Source of the DNA: an uncultured delta proteobacterium
GTDB taxonomy: Bacteria > Myxococcota > Myxococcia > Myxococcales > 40CM-4-68-19
NCBI GenBank assembly: GCA_903911145.1
Contig: CAIWCD010000001.1
Location: 1-64,000 of the forward strand
Length of the DNA stretch: 64,000 nucleotides
Reading direction: 5' to 3'
Shown: positions 27,201 through 34,462 of the stretch, one piece after another
Layout of the letters: each line of letters starts with the position of its first letter
How positions within the stretch are numbered: position 1 is the stretch's first letter
Notes under the pieces: generated by a model
The model's database searches: none
The model's input: the letters and a program-made list of their open reading frames with translations, nothing else
What the model was told of the DNA's origin: nothing
Program-made: the position numbers and the translations under genes

Positions 27201-29219
27201 TCCCGACAGGTAGATGCCCACTGACGAGCTGCTGAAATCATTCCCTGTCGCGGTGCCACCATAGGCGGAACTAAACTCCACCCCGATCCCGTTCGAGTGG
27301 AGCGTATTCGTTGCTGCGATCGAATCTGTGCCGCGCGGGCTGTTCGCAAGATTGATTCCGGCGCCGATGTTGTTGTTCGCGACGCAGTTGCTGACCACGT
27401 TCAGACCGCCGGAGGTCAGGATACCCGTGCCACGGCCGCTCGCTGTGACGTGGTCAATCAAGGTATAATCACCGGCGAGATACACGCCGTAATTGGTATT
27501 GCCGTTGTAACTGGCCAGCGTGCCGCTCACGTCGACATTCTTGATCGTCGCGTGCTCGTTGGACGACCCGAAGATACCGGCATAGAGGTTCGAGCCAAAT
27601 CGATTGCCGCCCTGTTTCACACTGGTGCCATCGAACGTAAAGTGGTTCGTGCTGTAGACCCCCAAAGCAGTGGTCGCGCCACGAAAATCGTTGTTGGTAA
27701 TTGTCACGTCGGTGTCGACCGGATCGCTGGTCGCGTCGACATAGAGTCCGACGCCTCCCCCAAGAGTATTCGAATCGATCACATCGTGAAGACCTCCGTT
27801 GATATAGAGGGAGCTTCCGACCGCGGAGACCGCGACGTGCCGGGCGGTGCTGTTCGGCCCATACATGTAGACACCGAAATAGTGACCACCCAATGGCGAG
27901 CTGATGGTGTCGATCGTTGTCCCCGACGAACTGCCCGTATTGATGAGCCAGTTCGAGCTGCTGCTGGCGGCAACGTTGTTGCCATTCAGCACCCAGTTCG
28001 AGATTGTCATATTGGTGCAACTGTAGACGTAGATCTCGATATACGAGTTATGCTGAATCAGGTTGGTTGCCGCCGCGTTGTCGAACACGAGGCTGGTTGA
28101 CGATCCGAAATACACACCAATCGAGTTGTTCTGCGAGGTATTGCCGGTGAACACCAACGAGCCGCTGGCAGAGCCGAAGTTGAACCCATAGTAAGAGCTC
28201 GACGCGGTGGAGTTGGTCACGGTCGTTGCGGTCGAAGACACGACCGCGATTCCGGCGCTGCCACAGGTCGAGACGGTGACGTGGTCAATCACGATGTTCG
28301 CGCCGTTGCCCGCGTTCACATAGACGCAGTGGCGACCGCGACCTTGCAGACTGGAGTGCGTGATCGAGATCCCTGTCCCGCCGACAAAGATGCCGTCGTT
28401 GGTCGAACTGTTGTAGCCAGGGTTCGGCCCGACATCGTTGACGCCCGTCAGGGTAACATTCGTGAGGCTGCTCCCCGCCACAGCCTGCAATAAGTTTCCC
28501 GAGAAAGTAATGCCGGTCGCCGTCAGCGTGGTCGTCGTCGAGATCGAACCGACGTTGATGGCCTGCATTCCGATATTCGCATTGGCGACCGTGGTCGTCG
28601 ACGTCGCGAACGCGCCCGTGAAGTTGACCAGATAGATGCCAATTGCACCACCGGTCAGGGTATTGCCCGAGAGCGTCGCGCCGACGCCGCCGAGTTCGAG
28701 ATTGACCGTCGTATTACCCGTCGCGGTGACGTTGGTAATCACCTGGGAATCACAGACAGAGAGGATTCCGTTGACGCGATTGCTCGCGCCCACGTTGGTA
28801 ATGGAGCAGTTCTGCGAGAGCCCTGCCGCGTCCTCGGCGATTTGGATACCCGTGCCGGTCGCGCCGCCGTTGGCATCGACGGTCAGGTTGGTAATGGTGA
28901 TGTTCTTCTGGTTCTTCGCGTAGACGGCCGTGTTGTTGCGGCCCGCGTCGGTCATGAGAATCTTATGACCGCCGCCATCGAGGGTAATTCCGCTCGCGGC
29001 GATCGTCAGCGCGGGGCTGCCTGCATATCCGGTGCAATCGAGGTCCGAGGTCAGCGTCGTGTTGACGGTGAGCGAGGCACCGCAGGCGGGATTGGCCGCC
29101 TCAACCGGAGTCGCGACAAGGAGCGCGCCGCAAGAGAGGAAAGCTGAAACCAGGCCACGGATGAGCGCCGAGAAACCAAACGAGCGAGGACGATTCAAGA
29201 GAGGCCCCAATAGCGCCAA
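21216..29219 (-). CDS. Giant surface protein B (~2670 aa), paralog of A: beta-helix head, Ig stalk, MYXO-CTERM-like tail
   Basis: Colinear with A (ANPACGASLTVNTTLTSDLDCTGYAG...; SGSGCVSSLAARQFALSG...). Tail GGGCTSSGEPALLALAAGLLLVLRRGRR. The TTG start is uncertain. Confidence 0.88.
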   Translation of the reverse strand: MALLGPLLNRPRSFGFSALIRGLVSAFLSCGALLVATPVEAANPACGASLTVNTTLTSDLDCTGYAGSPALTIAASGITLDGGGHKILMTDAGRNNTAVYAKNQKNITITNLTVDANGGATGTGIQIAEDAAGLSQNCSITNVGASNRVNGILSVCDSQVITNVTATGNTTVNLELGGVGATLSGNTLTGGAIGIYLVNFTGAFATSTTTVANANIGMQAINVGSISTTTTLTATGITFSGNLLQAVAGSSLTNVTLTGVNDVGPNPGYNSSTNDGIFVGGTGISITHSSLQGRGRHCVYVNAGNGANIVIDHVTVSTCGSAGIAVVSSTATTVTNSTASSSYYGFNFGSASGSLVFTGNTSQNNSIGVYFGSSTSLVFDNAAATNLIQHNSYIEIYVYSCTNMTISNWVLNGNNVAASSSSNWLINTGSSSGTTIDTISSPLGGHYFGVYMYGPNSTARHVAVSAVGSSLYINGGLHDVIDSNTLGGGVGLYVDATSDPVDTDVTITNNDFRGATTALGVYSTNHFTFDGTSVKQGGNRFGSNLYAGIFGSSNEHATIKNVDVSGTLASYNGNTNYGVYLAGDYTLIDHVTASGRGTGILTSGGLNVVSNCVANNNIGAGINLANSPRGTDSIAATNTLHSNGIGVEFSSAYGGTATGNDFSSSSVGIYLSGVNGFTYDDAATTNTFTGTFTGIELVSSTGTTIENLTLAGSGLLNGDFGVYVPQSNNNSVTTVSNVHVSKKSNGIYLSGAGNTVANVSATQGTNGLTFFTATGGTVSHAVLSGNAGNGFTLNQSSSGPAVDHMDVSNCAVGVEIYISQNWSFDGHDVNGNDLGDVFTGDTTAIRTDSSSGLVIADFNLSGTNQTGYGLLGWGLSNSTVSNLVVTGRLYGVELLGNGGIGNTTLTGINADNCVNGLWLQSGTGFTITGGTARHDTSGIVFDRASAMAISGIDLTGSLTAITMQDISFGLALDNSTANVTFSGNTTGVYITNSYGVSLSNINLSLASSDPSYRQGYGVSCSSCTQLTLDHINGSGHNYGAFVSMSSFSPVASITNSTFDNFNTAGVELANMSNATLSNVTMRNGNGPGIYFQTYTGALAMSGVSTSGSVQPIFFSSPNSNVLIDGAPVGLPANDFSGGVQNGITGALALGTIQNVDVSGPPSGGLGYGISISGDGLFVTNVTANSRQYGISVAGNNAQIYNSLIHGNSQYGVQITGTNALVNNNRVCFNATDGLYDAAAHTVDATNNFWGTTNGPTVASNVGGTGDAIGGNPTLVAYAPYLTSGSGCVSSLAARQFALSGVVSAAAGTAQTLTVTALDAFGVVASSYSGTVHLRSADAQAVLGADARLTNGVGYFAVTFKTAGSQYVIAEDKVTPQLYSQATVQVSPAAPQSIVLVSGGGQTAAAGTGFPNPFVVQAFDAYGNTVPNMPVAIASSHAGASASPNATVTGGTGQVTSNAIASTVAGSSNFTVTSSAISGFSLNIPATAVPGTPALLTVTGLASPTMVAGSTSTITVASFDRYSNATTSYTGPVQFTSTDPRATLPSASALTNGTGTFPITLRTAGMRSVAVSDLAYPGPSGSQSTTVVSGAAAQLVLVSGSNQTATVGTAASAPIVVEAVDASGNPVSGTSVTFAATTSGASVGSPSTQATSVAGLAQDTATVGTLLGAYTFIATSAGLTGSPVVVQVNAQAGAASKLVYISGGNQRGTVGTALSGALLVSTTDQYGNRVGNQSVTFAPSAAGVGSISPTTVSSDGAGLASAIATLGTVAGAQQFRVSAGFASNVVTYDSTALAGAATQLAYVSGNAQTGVAGSVLAAPLLVAVSDAYANPVQGVSVVFAATTAGASVNPSTVTSDASGQARALATLSSTTGTNNFSASVGGLTGSPVAFSETGTPGSGTRLVLSGVPLSSSAGAVFSVTVTALDVSGNTVTSFSGPVTFSSTDSSAQFPSSPALSHGVATFSLALRTAGTQTLAVADPSHTLASASALVVVSAGAAAHIAIISGDAQSGAPGSTLAQPLRVQVSDAYGNPVEGNAVTFAAPGLSPSRAPRQFRQTSTSTAAVSPATINTDAQGFAQTIATLGATPGAETFTATATGFNSGNPVSFSEEVKPGGATHFSVTGVPSTVTAGSIQQATVTALDASGNVVVDFAGLVTLSSSDSKAKLGADAVLAQGVGTFSVQLMTAGTQSISAASRIDATIVGNENGITVQAGAPSALLLASQGPTSFTCGCRDLALQLRDAAGNIVASPLSNVQLSVGGAAQISATNLSGIQATLPAQSVSGALDGSGAATLTVCDNLVETLQVTASQSTLTSNASQSLTIITGPLDVAQSTLASSTPTLESLDGVAHLTLTPRDACGNPLGARLAGVLLHAASPGVLTPVIDQGDGTYTADLSATSCGGTGTTLAVTAQINNVVLDAQLSLAISCVPVAPEKSSVAVSTTTVVRCDDLSRDQVQITVVPRDAAGQPLGSDAAVTLDTSGAIVAGALTRVGDAFAGTFTASTCGAAPVPVRVLVNGVAISAADLGVTFTCPAIDPSQSALQINKVAIAPDGADSATVTVAGVTSCGEFARDRAVVLSSKLGTLHPPSGTTSVAGTFLSDLTSRKSGTDQISGTIDGVALAPVTIKYELTAARPGGGGCTSSGEPALLALAAGLLLVLRRGRRNGAVRA

Positions 29220-29341
29220 TGATTACGGCGGCGCCTGTTTATAAGCAGACGCTTCAAAGCGACTCTCGTCTGGGATCGCAAGGACAAAAGCGTCGCGGGC
29301 GTTTTTACTGGCGCGACATCAGGGATAGTCCCCGGCCTGAA

Positions 29342-30265
29342 TCAGTTCGCGTGCGCGACCCGCACGCGATCGATCAGCGTGCGCAGCCGCGGGAGGCCCT
29401 CGGAGCTCGCGCTCCCCGGCCACATCAGATCGCGTCCCATGCAGCGCACAATCGCCTTCTGATCAGCCGCGCGGATTGGCTGCATCGCGAAGAGTTGCGC
29501 GTCCTCTGCGGAGAAGGTGTGCGGCTCGTCCGGCAGAAGAATCAGCTCGGGATTTACCGCCACGACCTCATCCATTGTAATCCGCGGATATCGGGTATCG
29601 CGGCTGCCGATCTGATCTGGTGTGAGCGCTTCGGCGCGGCCAAGATCGGCAGCGAGGGGATATCGGCGGCGACGCTCGGAAAAGACATTCTGCGCGCCCG
29701 CGAGGCGAAGCGCGTCGCTCACAAACGTCTCTCCCGAGATGGTCATCAGCGGGTCCATCCAGATCGGCAGGAAGGTGCGCAGAGGAGCAAGGCCCGCGCG
29801 CGCATCCGCTGCAAGCCGCGCCTCTGCGTCCGTCATCGCAGCATAGGCCGCCGCGACCGCTGCCTTTGCACGCGCATCGCCGAGGAGTTCAAGAATGCGT
29901 GCGAGCCGCGCCAGGTGCGAGATTCCTTCGCCGACGGTGCGCGGAAACGAAATGAACGCCCGGATATCGCGAAGCGCCAACTCGCGGACGATGCCTCGCG
30001 CATTCTCCTCTTGATTGAGCAGAACCAGATCCGGTTTGAGCGCGGCGATGCGCTCGATGTCAGCGTCCTTCGGGCCACCAACGCGAGGAAGCGCACAAGC
30101 AGCCTCGGGCTCGACGCAATACGCGGTCGCACCAACGAGGCGATCGCCCGCACCGAGAGCGAAGAGATTGGCCGTCTCGCTCGGCACCAGCGAGACGATG
30201 CGCTCGGGCGTGCTCGGCAGAAACAGCTCGCGCTGGAGATCATCGATCAGCTTGAGGCTCGGCAT
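29342..30265 (-). CDS. Helical-backbone metal receptor (BtuF/cobalamin-Fe-siderophore binding protein-like)
   Basis: PERIVSLVPSET, VGGPKDADIERIAALKPDLVLLNQEEN, LPDEP. No obvious signal peptide; start could be 30265 or 30277. Confidence 0.85.
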   Translation of the reverse strand: MPSLKLIDDLQRELFLPSTPERIVSLVPSETANLFALGAGDRLVGATAYCVEPEAACALPRVGGPKDADIERIAALKPDLVLLNQEENARGIVRELALRDIRAFISFPRTVGEGISHLARLARILELLGDARAKAAVAAAYAAMTDAEARLAADARAGLAPLRTFLPIWMDPLMTISGETFVSDALRLAGAQNVFSERRRRYPLAADLGRAEALTPDQIGSRDTRYPRITMDEVVAVNPELILLPDEPHTFSAEDAQLFAMQPIRAADQKAIVRCMGRDLMWPGSASSEGLPRLRTLIDRVRVAHAN

Positions 30266-30381
30266 CGCGTGCACCATGAATGCGGGAAGTGGATCGAATC
30301 GGGCGCATGCTCTACCTCATCCACGCGCGCACGGAAGAGGCGCGCCGCCGCTACTGCTTGCACCGCCCCGAGGAGAAACCA

Positions 30382-31380
30382 ATGCGCGCCATTGTCATCG
30401 AGGAGCCGGGAGGGCCGGACGTCATGAAGGTTGGCGAGGTGCCCGAACCCTTGCTGGGCGCGGGCGAGCTGCTCGTGGCCGTGCGCGCGGCGGGAGTCAA
30501 TCGCGCGGACCTGCTGCAGCGGATGGGTCGATATCCGCCGCCGCCGGGAGAGAGCGGGACGCTCGGGCTCGAGGTCGCGGGCGAGGTGATCGCGGTCGCG
30601 CCGGATGCGGCGGGCAGAGGGCCGCTCGGGCAGACCTTTCGCGTCGGTGATCGCGTCATGGCGCTGCTCGCGGGTGGCGGATATGCCGAGCGCGTTCGAG
30701 TTCCCGCTGCGCAGGCCTTGCCGATTCCTCCCCAGCTCTCGATGGCAGAGGCCGCGGCGATCCCCGAGGCGTTTCTCACTGCGTGGCTGAATCTGATGAC
30801 GCTCGGGCAACTCGCGCAGGGAGACGTCGCGGTGATTCACGCAGCCGCGAGCGGCGTCGGGACTGCGGCGCTGCAACTCTGCCGCGGCGTCGCCTCCCAG
30901 GTCGTCGCAACCGCATCGAACGGCAAGCTCGCTTCGCTGGCGCAGTACGGCGCAACCCAGTTGGTCGATCGAAACGACGTCCCAACGACGCTCTCGAAAT
31001 CGATCCGGGCCACGCTGGGCAAGGGCGCGGACGTGATCCTCGATCTCGTCGGTGCGAGCTATCTCGCCGCCAACATCGAGGCGCTCGCGCTGCACGGGCG
31101 GCTCGTCTGCATCGCCACCCAGGGCGGCGCGAAGGCCGAACTCGATCTCGCGGCGCTCCTCTTCCGAAGGCTCACGGTGATCGGCTCGACGCTTCGCTCG
31201 CGCACGGCCGAGCAGAAGGCCGCGCTCTGTGCCGAGTTCGCAGAGCGCGCCCTGCCCCGCTTCTCGCGAGGCGAACTCCAGCCTGTGCTGGCGCGGACAT
31301 TTCCACTCGCAGAGGCGAGCGCAGCGCATGCGCTGCTCGCGAGAAACGCGGTGGTCGGGAAGATCGTCCTCGAGCTCTGA
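30382..31380 (+). CDS. NAD(P)H-quinone oxidoreductase, PIG3 family (MDR)
   Basis: AGGAG RBS then MRAIVIEEPGG; GVNRADLLQRMGRYPPPPG, GLEVAG, HAAASGVG, GSTLRSR, GKIVL. Confidence 0.93.
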   Translation: MRAIVIEEPGGPDVMKVGEVPEPLLGAGELLVAVRAAGVNRADLLQRMGRYPPPPGESGTLGLEVAGEVIAVAPDAAGRGPLGQTFRVGDRVMALLAGGGYAERVRVPAAQALPIPPQLSMAEAAAIPEAFLTAWLNLMTLGQLAQGDVAVIHAAASGVGTAALQLCRGVASQVVATASNGKLASLAQYGATQLVDRNDVPTTLSKSIRATLGKGADVILDLVGASYLAANIEALALHGRLVCIATQGGAKAELDLAALLFRRLTVIGSTLRSRTAEQKAALCAEFAERALPRFSRGELQPVLARTFPLAEASAAHALLARNAVVGKIVLEL

Positions 31381-31438
31381 GCGCAAGGCAGCGCGCGAAA
31401 AGATTGTCGCGCGCGCCATTCGAGCGGATCATCTCGGC

Positions 31439-31831
31439 TTGGCTCCCGTCATCCTCATCGCCGACGACAGTCCGACCATCAGGGGCTTTGTGCGCCTGGT
31501 GCTGCGCAGCCTTGCGGTGCCGTTCGAACTCATCGAAGTCGAAGACGGCGCGCAGGCGATCGCGGCCGCGCGCAACACGCCGCCCGCGCTGGCATTGATC
31601 GATCTGCAGATGCCCGGCACCGATGGGCTCGCCGCGCTTCGCGCGATGCGCGCAGACGACGACGTGCGATTGCGCGATCTGCCGATCTATCTGCTCACCG
31701 CCGAGCGTGATGAAGCGACGCGCGACGCCTGCATGGCCGCGGGCGCGACCGGCTTCATCGACAAGCCGATCAAGCCGGGTCTGCTGATCGACACCGTGCG
31801 CCGGGTGCTCACTCCGCAAGGCACGCCGTGA
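31439..31831 (+). CDS. Single-domain response regulator (CheY-like)
   Basis: ILIADDS, IDLQMP.TDG, LLTA, FIDKP; TTG start inferred. Confidence 0.9.
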   Translation: MAPVILIADDSPTIRGFVRLVLRSLAVPFELIEVEDGAQAIAAARNTPPALALIDLQMPGTDGLAALRAMRADDDVRLRDLPIYLLTAERDEATRDACMAAGATGFIDKPIKPGLLIDTVRRVLTPQGTP

Positions 31832-32682
31832 GCCTGCCGCAACTTCTGCTCGTCGACGACAGCGAGGCGGTGCTCGCATTTGGCCGCGCAGCGCTCTCGG
31901 GCCACTACCAGATCTCGACCGCGAAGAGCGGCGTCGAGGCACTCGCGAAGATGGACGCGCAGTGCCCGGCCGCTGTGCTGCTCGACCTCTCGATGCCCGA
32001 GATGGACGGCGACGTCGTGCTCGCGCAGATGCGCCGCGACCCGCGTCTGTCGCAGGTGCCGGTGGTGATTCTCTCCTCGGAAAAAGGGCGCGCGGAGGCT
32101 TGCATTGCAGCGGGTGCCGCCGCTTTCGTCGCCAAGCCCGCGCGCGCGGCGGAGTTGCTCGCAGCGATCGGTCGTGCGCTCGACGACGTGCGCAGGAGCG
32201 CCAACATCGGCTCGCTCCGCCTCATTCCGATCGAGGCAGGCACGTTCACGCTGGCGCTGCCTCTCGACGCCGTCATCACTGTGCTTGCGCAGCCCGCGAC
32301 GCAGCCGCTTGCGCGCGGTCCGGCATTTCTCTGCGAGCAACTCGAGGTCTGGGGTGCACCCGTGCCGGTGCTCGATCTGCCTCTGAGACTCTGCGTGGAA
32401 CATCTGCGACGCGTCGAGGAGCGACAACTGCTGATCGTGCGCATCGGTGCGCGCCGGCTGGCCATCTGCGTCGACGCGGTCCACGATCCCGAGGAACTCG
32501 CGCCCGCGCTGCTCTCCCAACCGGACGTCGCGACGAGTTCGGATCAGCCAGACCAGCTCGCGGGCAACGAGCTTTTGCGTTGCGCGACGCGGACGCTCGC
32601 GAGCAGTTCGCGTGGACGCCTCGCGGTTGTCGATCCTGCAGCCCTGCTCCCGAGCGGACTTCTCGAGGAGCTTGCGCCATGA
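31828..32682 (+). CDS. REC-CheW fusion protein
   Basis: N-terminal LLVDDS..LDLSMPEMDG..AKP; C-terminal CheW-like LALPLDAV, VPVLDL, LAICVDAV. Confidence 0.85.
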   Translation: MSLPQLLLVDDSEAVLAFGRAALSGHYQISTAKSGVEALAKMDAQCPAAVLLDLSMPEMDGDVVLAQMRRDPRLSQVPVVILSSEKGRAEACIAAGAAAFVAKPARAAELLAAIGRALDDVRRSANIGSLRLIPIEAGTFTLALPLDAVITVLAQPATQPLARGPAFLCEQLEVWGAPVPVLDLPLRLCVEHLRRVEERQLLIVRIGARRLAICVDAVHDPEELAPALLSQPDVATSSDQPDQLAGNELLRCATRTLASSSRGRLAVVDPAALLPSGLLEELAP

Positions 32683-33914
32683 CCCGAGAAGAGAGCACGA
32701 GCCGCGACGCAGCCCCCGACGCCGCTCTGCTTGAAGCTCTCGCAGCAGCCGCTGCCGCCTTCACTGGCTTCTCGCGCGAAGCGATTCTCCCTGACCCACT
32801 CGCCCGCACGGCGCGCGAGCTGCTCTCGATCTGGCAACGCGACGAGCTGTTCGCGCGCATCAAGCGCGGGGACGAGCGAGTCCTCCTCGCGCTCGCGCAG
32901 GCCGTCAGCGTGGCCGAGACCTTCTTCTTCCGCCACCCCGAGCAGTTTCGCTTCATCGAGGATGTCCTCGCGCCGCGCTGGATCGCGCGCCATTCCGAGA
33001 TCGTGCGCATCTGGAGCGCCGGCTGCGCAACAGGAGAGGAGGCCTATTCGCTCGCCGCTACGCTGCAACAGGCGCTCTCCTCGGCTCCGCAGATCCGCAT
33101 CGACGTGCTCGCGACAGATCTGGCCCCGCGCAACCTCGCGCTCGCGCAGGCCGCGACCTACGGAGCCTGGTCCCAGCGGGAGTCAGCGCCGATTCGTGCG
33201 CCGCTCTTCGAAGCGCAGGATGCTCAGCCCGCTCGCAACAAGTTCGTTCGCGTCCTCGAGAGCGTTCGAGGCGTAGTCCGCTTCGCTGAGCACAACCTGC
33301 TCGCGCCGCTCGACGAATCGCCGTTCGACCTCATCCTCTGCCGCAATGTGCTCGTCTACTTCTCGCCAGCAGCCGCCGAGCGTGCGCTCGATGGACTCAT
33401 GCGGCAACTCGCTCCCGACGGTGTGATGATGTTCGGCTCGATGGATCTGCACGCCGCGCCGCAAGCGCTCATGCACGAAGGCCCGGCCGAGTCGCTCATC
33501 TTCCGTCGGCGCCCCGAGCCACCGACGTCGGTGCCCAGGCGCACAAATCCCGATGCCACGCCACAGTCCGAATCGCCTCTCGCACCCGAGGTGAAGACGA
33601 ACGCACGTGTTGTGAACGAGGTGCACCTGCGCGCGCTGATGCAGCTCGAGAGCCGCGAACTGGTGCAGGCGGAACAGTCCTTGCGCGCCCTCCTCGCGCT
33701 CGCGCCCGACTATCTTCCCGGACTGCTCGAGCGGGCTCTTCTGCACGCCCGCAGAGGAGAACCGGCCGCTGCGACCGCTCTGATGCGCGAGGTTCACAGA
33801 CGAGCGCGCGCACTCGCTCCAGAGGCAGACGTCGCCGGTCCGCAGACGCTCCCCGCTCGCTTCTATCTCGAGTCTGCCGAGGCTTTTCTGCGCAGCGCGG
33901 GAGGTCGAGGATGA
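32679..33914 (+). CDS. cheR: CheR methyltransferase with C-terminal TPR-like region (WspC-like)
   Basis: ETFFFRHPEQF, RIWSAGCATGEEAYS, FAEHNLL, FDLILCRNVLVYF; helical C-terminus (ALLALAPDY). ATG overlaps the upstream stop. Confidence 0.92.
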   Translation: MTREESTSRDAAPDAALLEALAAAAAAFTGFSREAILPDPLARTARELLSIWQRDELFARIKRGDERVLLALAQAVSVAETFFFRHPEQFRFIEDVLAPRWIARHSEIVRIWSAGCATGEEAYSLAATLQQALSSAPQIRIDVLATDLAPRNLALAQAATYGAWSQRESAPIRAPLFEAQDAQPARNKFVRVLESVRGVVRFAEHNLLAPLDESPFDLILCRNVLVYFSPAAAERALDGLMRQLAPDGVMMFGSMDLHAAPQALMHEGPAESLIFRRRPEPPTSVPRRTNPDATPQSESPLAPEVKTNARVVNEVHLRALMQLESRELVQAEQSLRALLALAPDYLPGLLERALLHARRGEPAAATALMREVHRRARALAPEADVAGPQTLPARFYLESAEAFLRSAGGRG

Positions 33915-34462
33915 CCGATCCGCAGAGCGAGCACGCAAGCTTCACGACGCAGGCACAAGCCGACGACGTGCGCGCGCTCCTCGAGCGACGTGCGGCCCGC
34001 CTGCGCGAAAAGACCGAACCGCTCGACGACGGCCAGCTGCTCTGGGTTGCCGAGTTCCCCATCGGCGACGATCGCTACGCAATTCCGCTCGAGTCGCTGC
34101 GCGCCGCCGTCCCGCTGAAGATGGTCACGCCCGTGCCGCTCTCCGCGCCGCACCTGATCGGCATTCTCCGTTTTCAAGGCCAGGTGATCAGCGCTCTCTC
34201 GCTCTCCGCGCTGCTCGGCGGCCGCGGCTGGCGCGACGATCCGGCGGTGCTCCTCGTCGTTGATCCGGGCGCCGGCCGCCTCATCGCGCTCGATTGCGAG
34301 CAGATCCCCAAGCCGATTGCGCTCCCGCTCTCCCTCGTCGAGGAGGCGCGCGGCAAGGCGCAGGGCGCTTCCGCAGAGATCACGCTTTCACCGACGCGCA
34401 AGCTGCGGCTGCTCGAGTTGCGCCGTCTGATCTCCTGGCTCGGCAAGGCGAGCGCACCGTGA
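33911..34462 (+). CDS. cheW: CheW coupling protein (WspD-like N-terminal extension)
   Basis: LLERRAARL extension, YAIPLESL, TPVP..GILRFQGQV. Confidence 0.9.
   Translation: MTDPQSEHASFTTQAQADDVRALLERRAARLREKTEPLDDGQLLWVAEFPIGDDRYAIPLESLRAAVPLKMVTPVPLSAPHLIGILRFQGQVISALSLSALLGGRGWRDDPAVLLVVDPGAGRLIALDCEQIPKPIALPLSLVEEARGKAQGASAEITLSPTRKLRLLELRRLISWLGKASAP

Noticed and set aside
10252..29219. Diversity-generating retroelement, invertase shufflon, or assembly duplication explaining the two paralogs
   Set aside because: No reverse transcriptase or recombinase; differences are spread throughout, including synonymous sites, and are not adenine-specific, which indicates an old genuine duplication.
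29220..29341. c-di-GMP riboswitch upstream of the giant genes
   Set aside because: Neither leader shows the expected conserved motifs or two-stem layout.
31962..32678. Long N-terminal extensions given by the ORF track (CheR from 31962; likewise CheA 34294, PaaI 44590, permease 42139, OmpA 21312, peroxidase 52727)
   Set aside because: Most overlap neighbouring genes, and in each case a downstream start with a stop/start overlap, RBS or family-typical N-terminus fits better.
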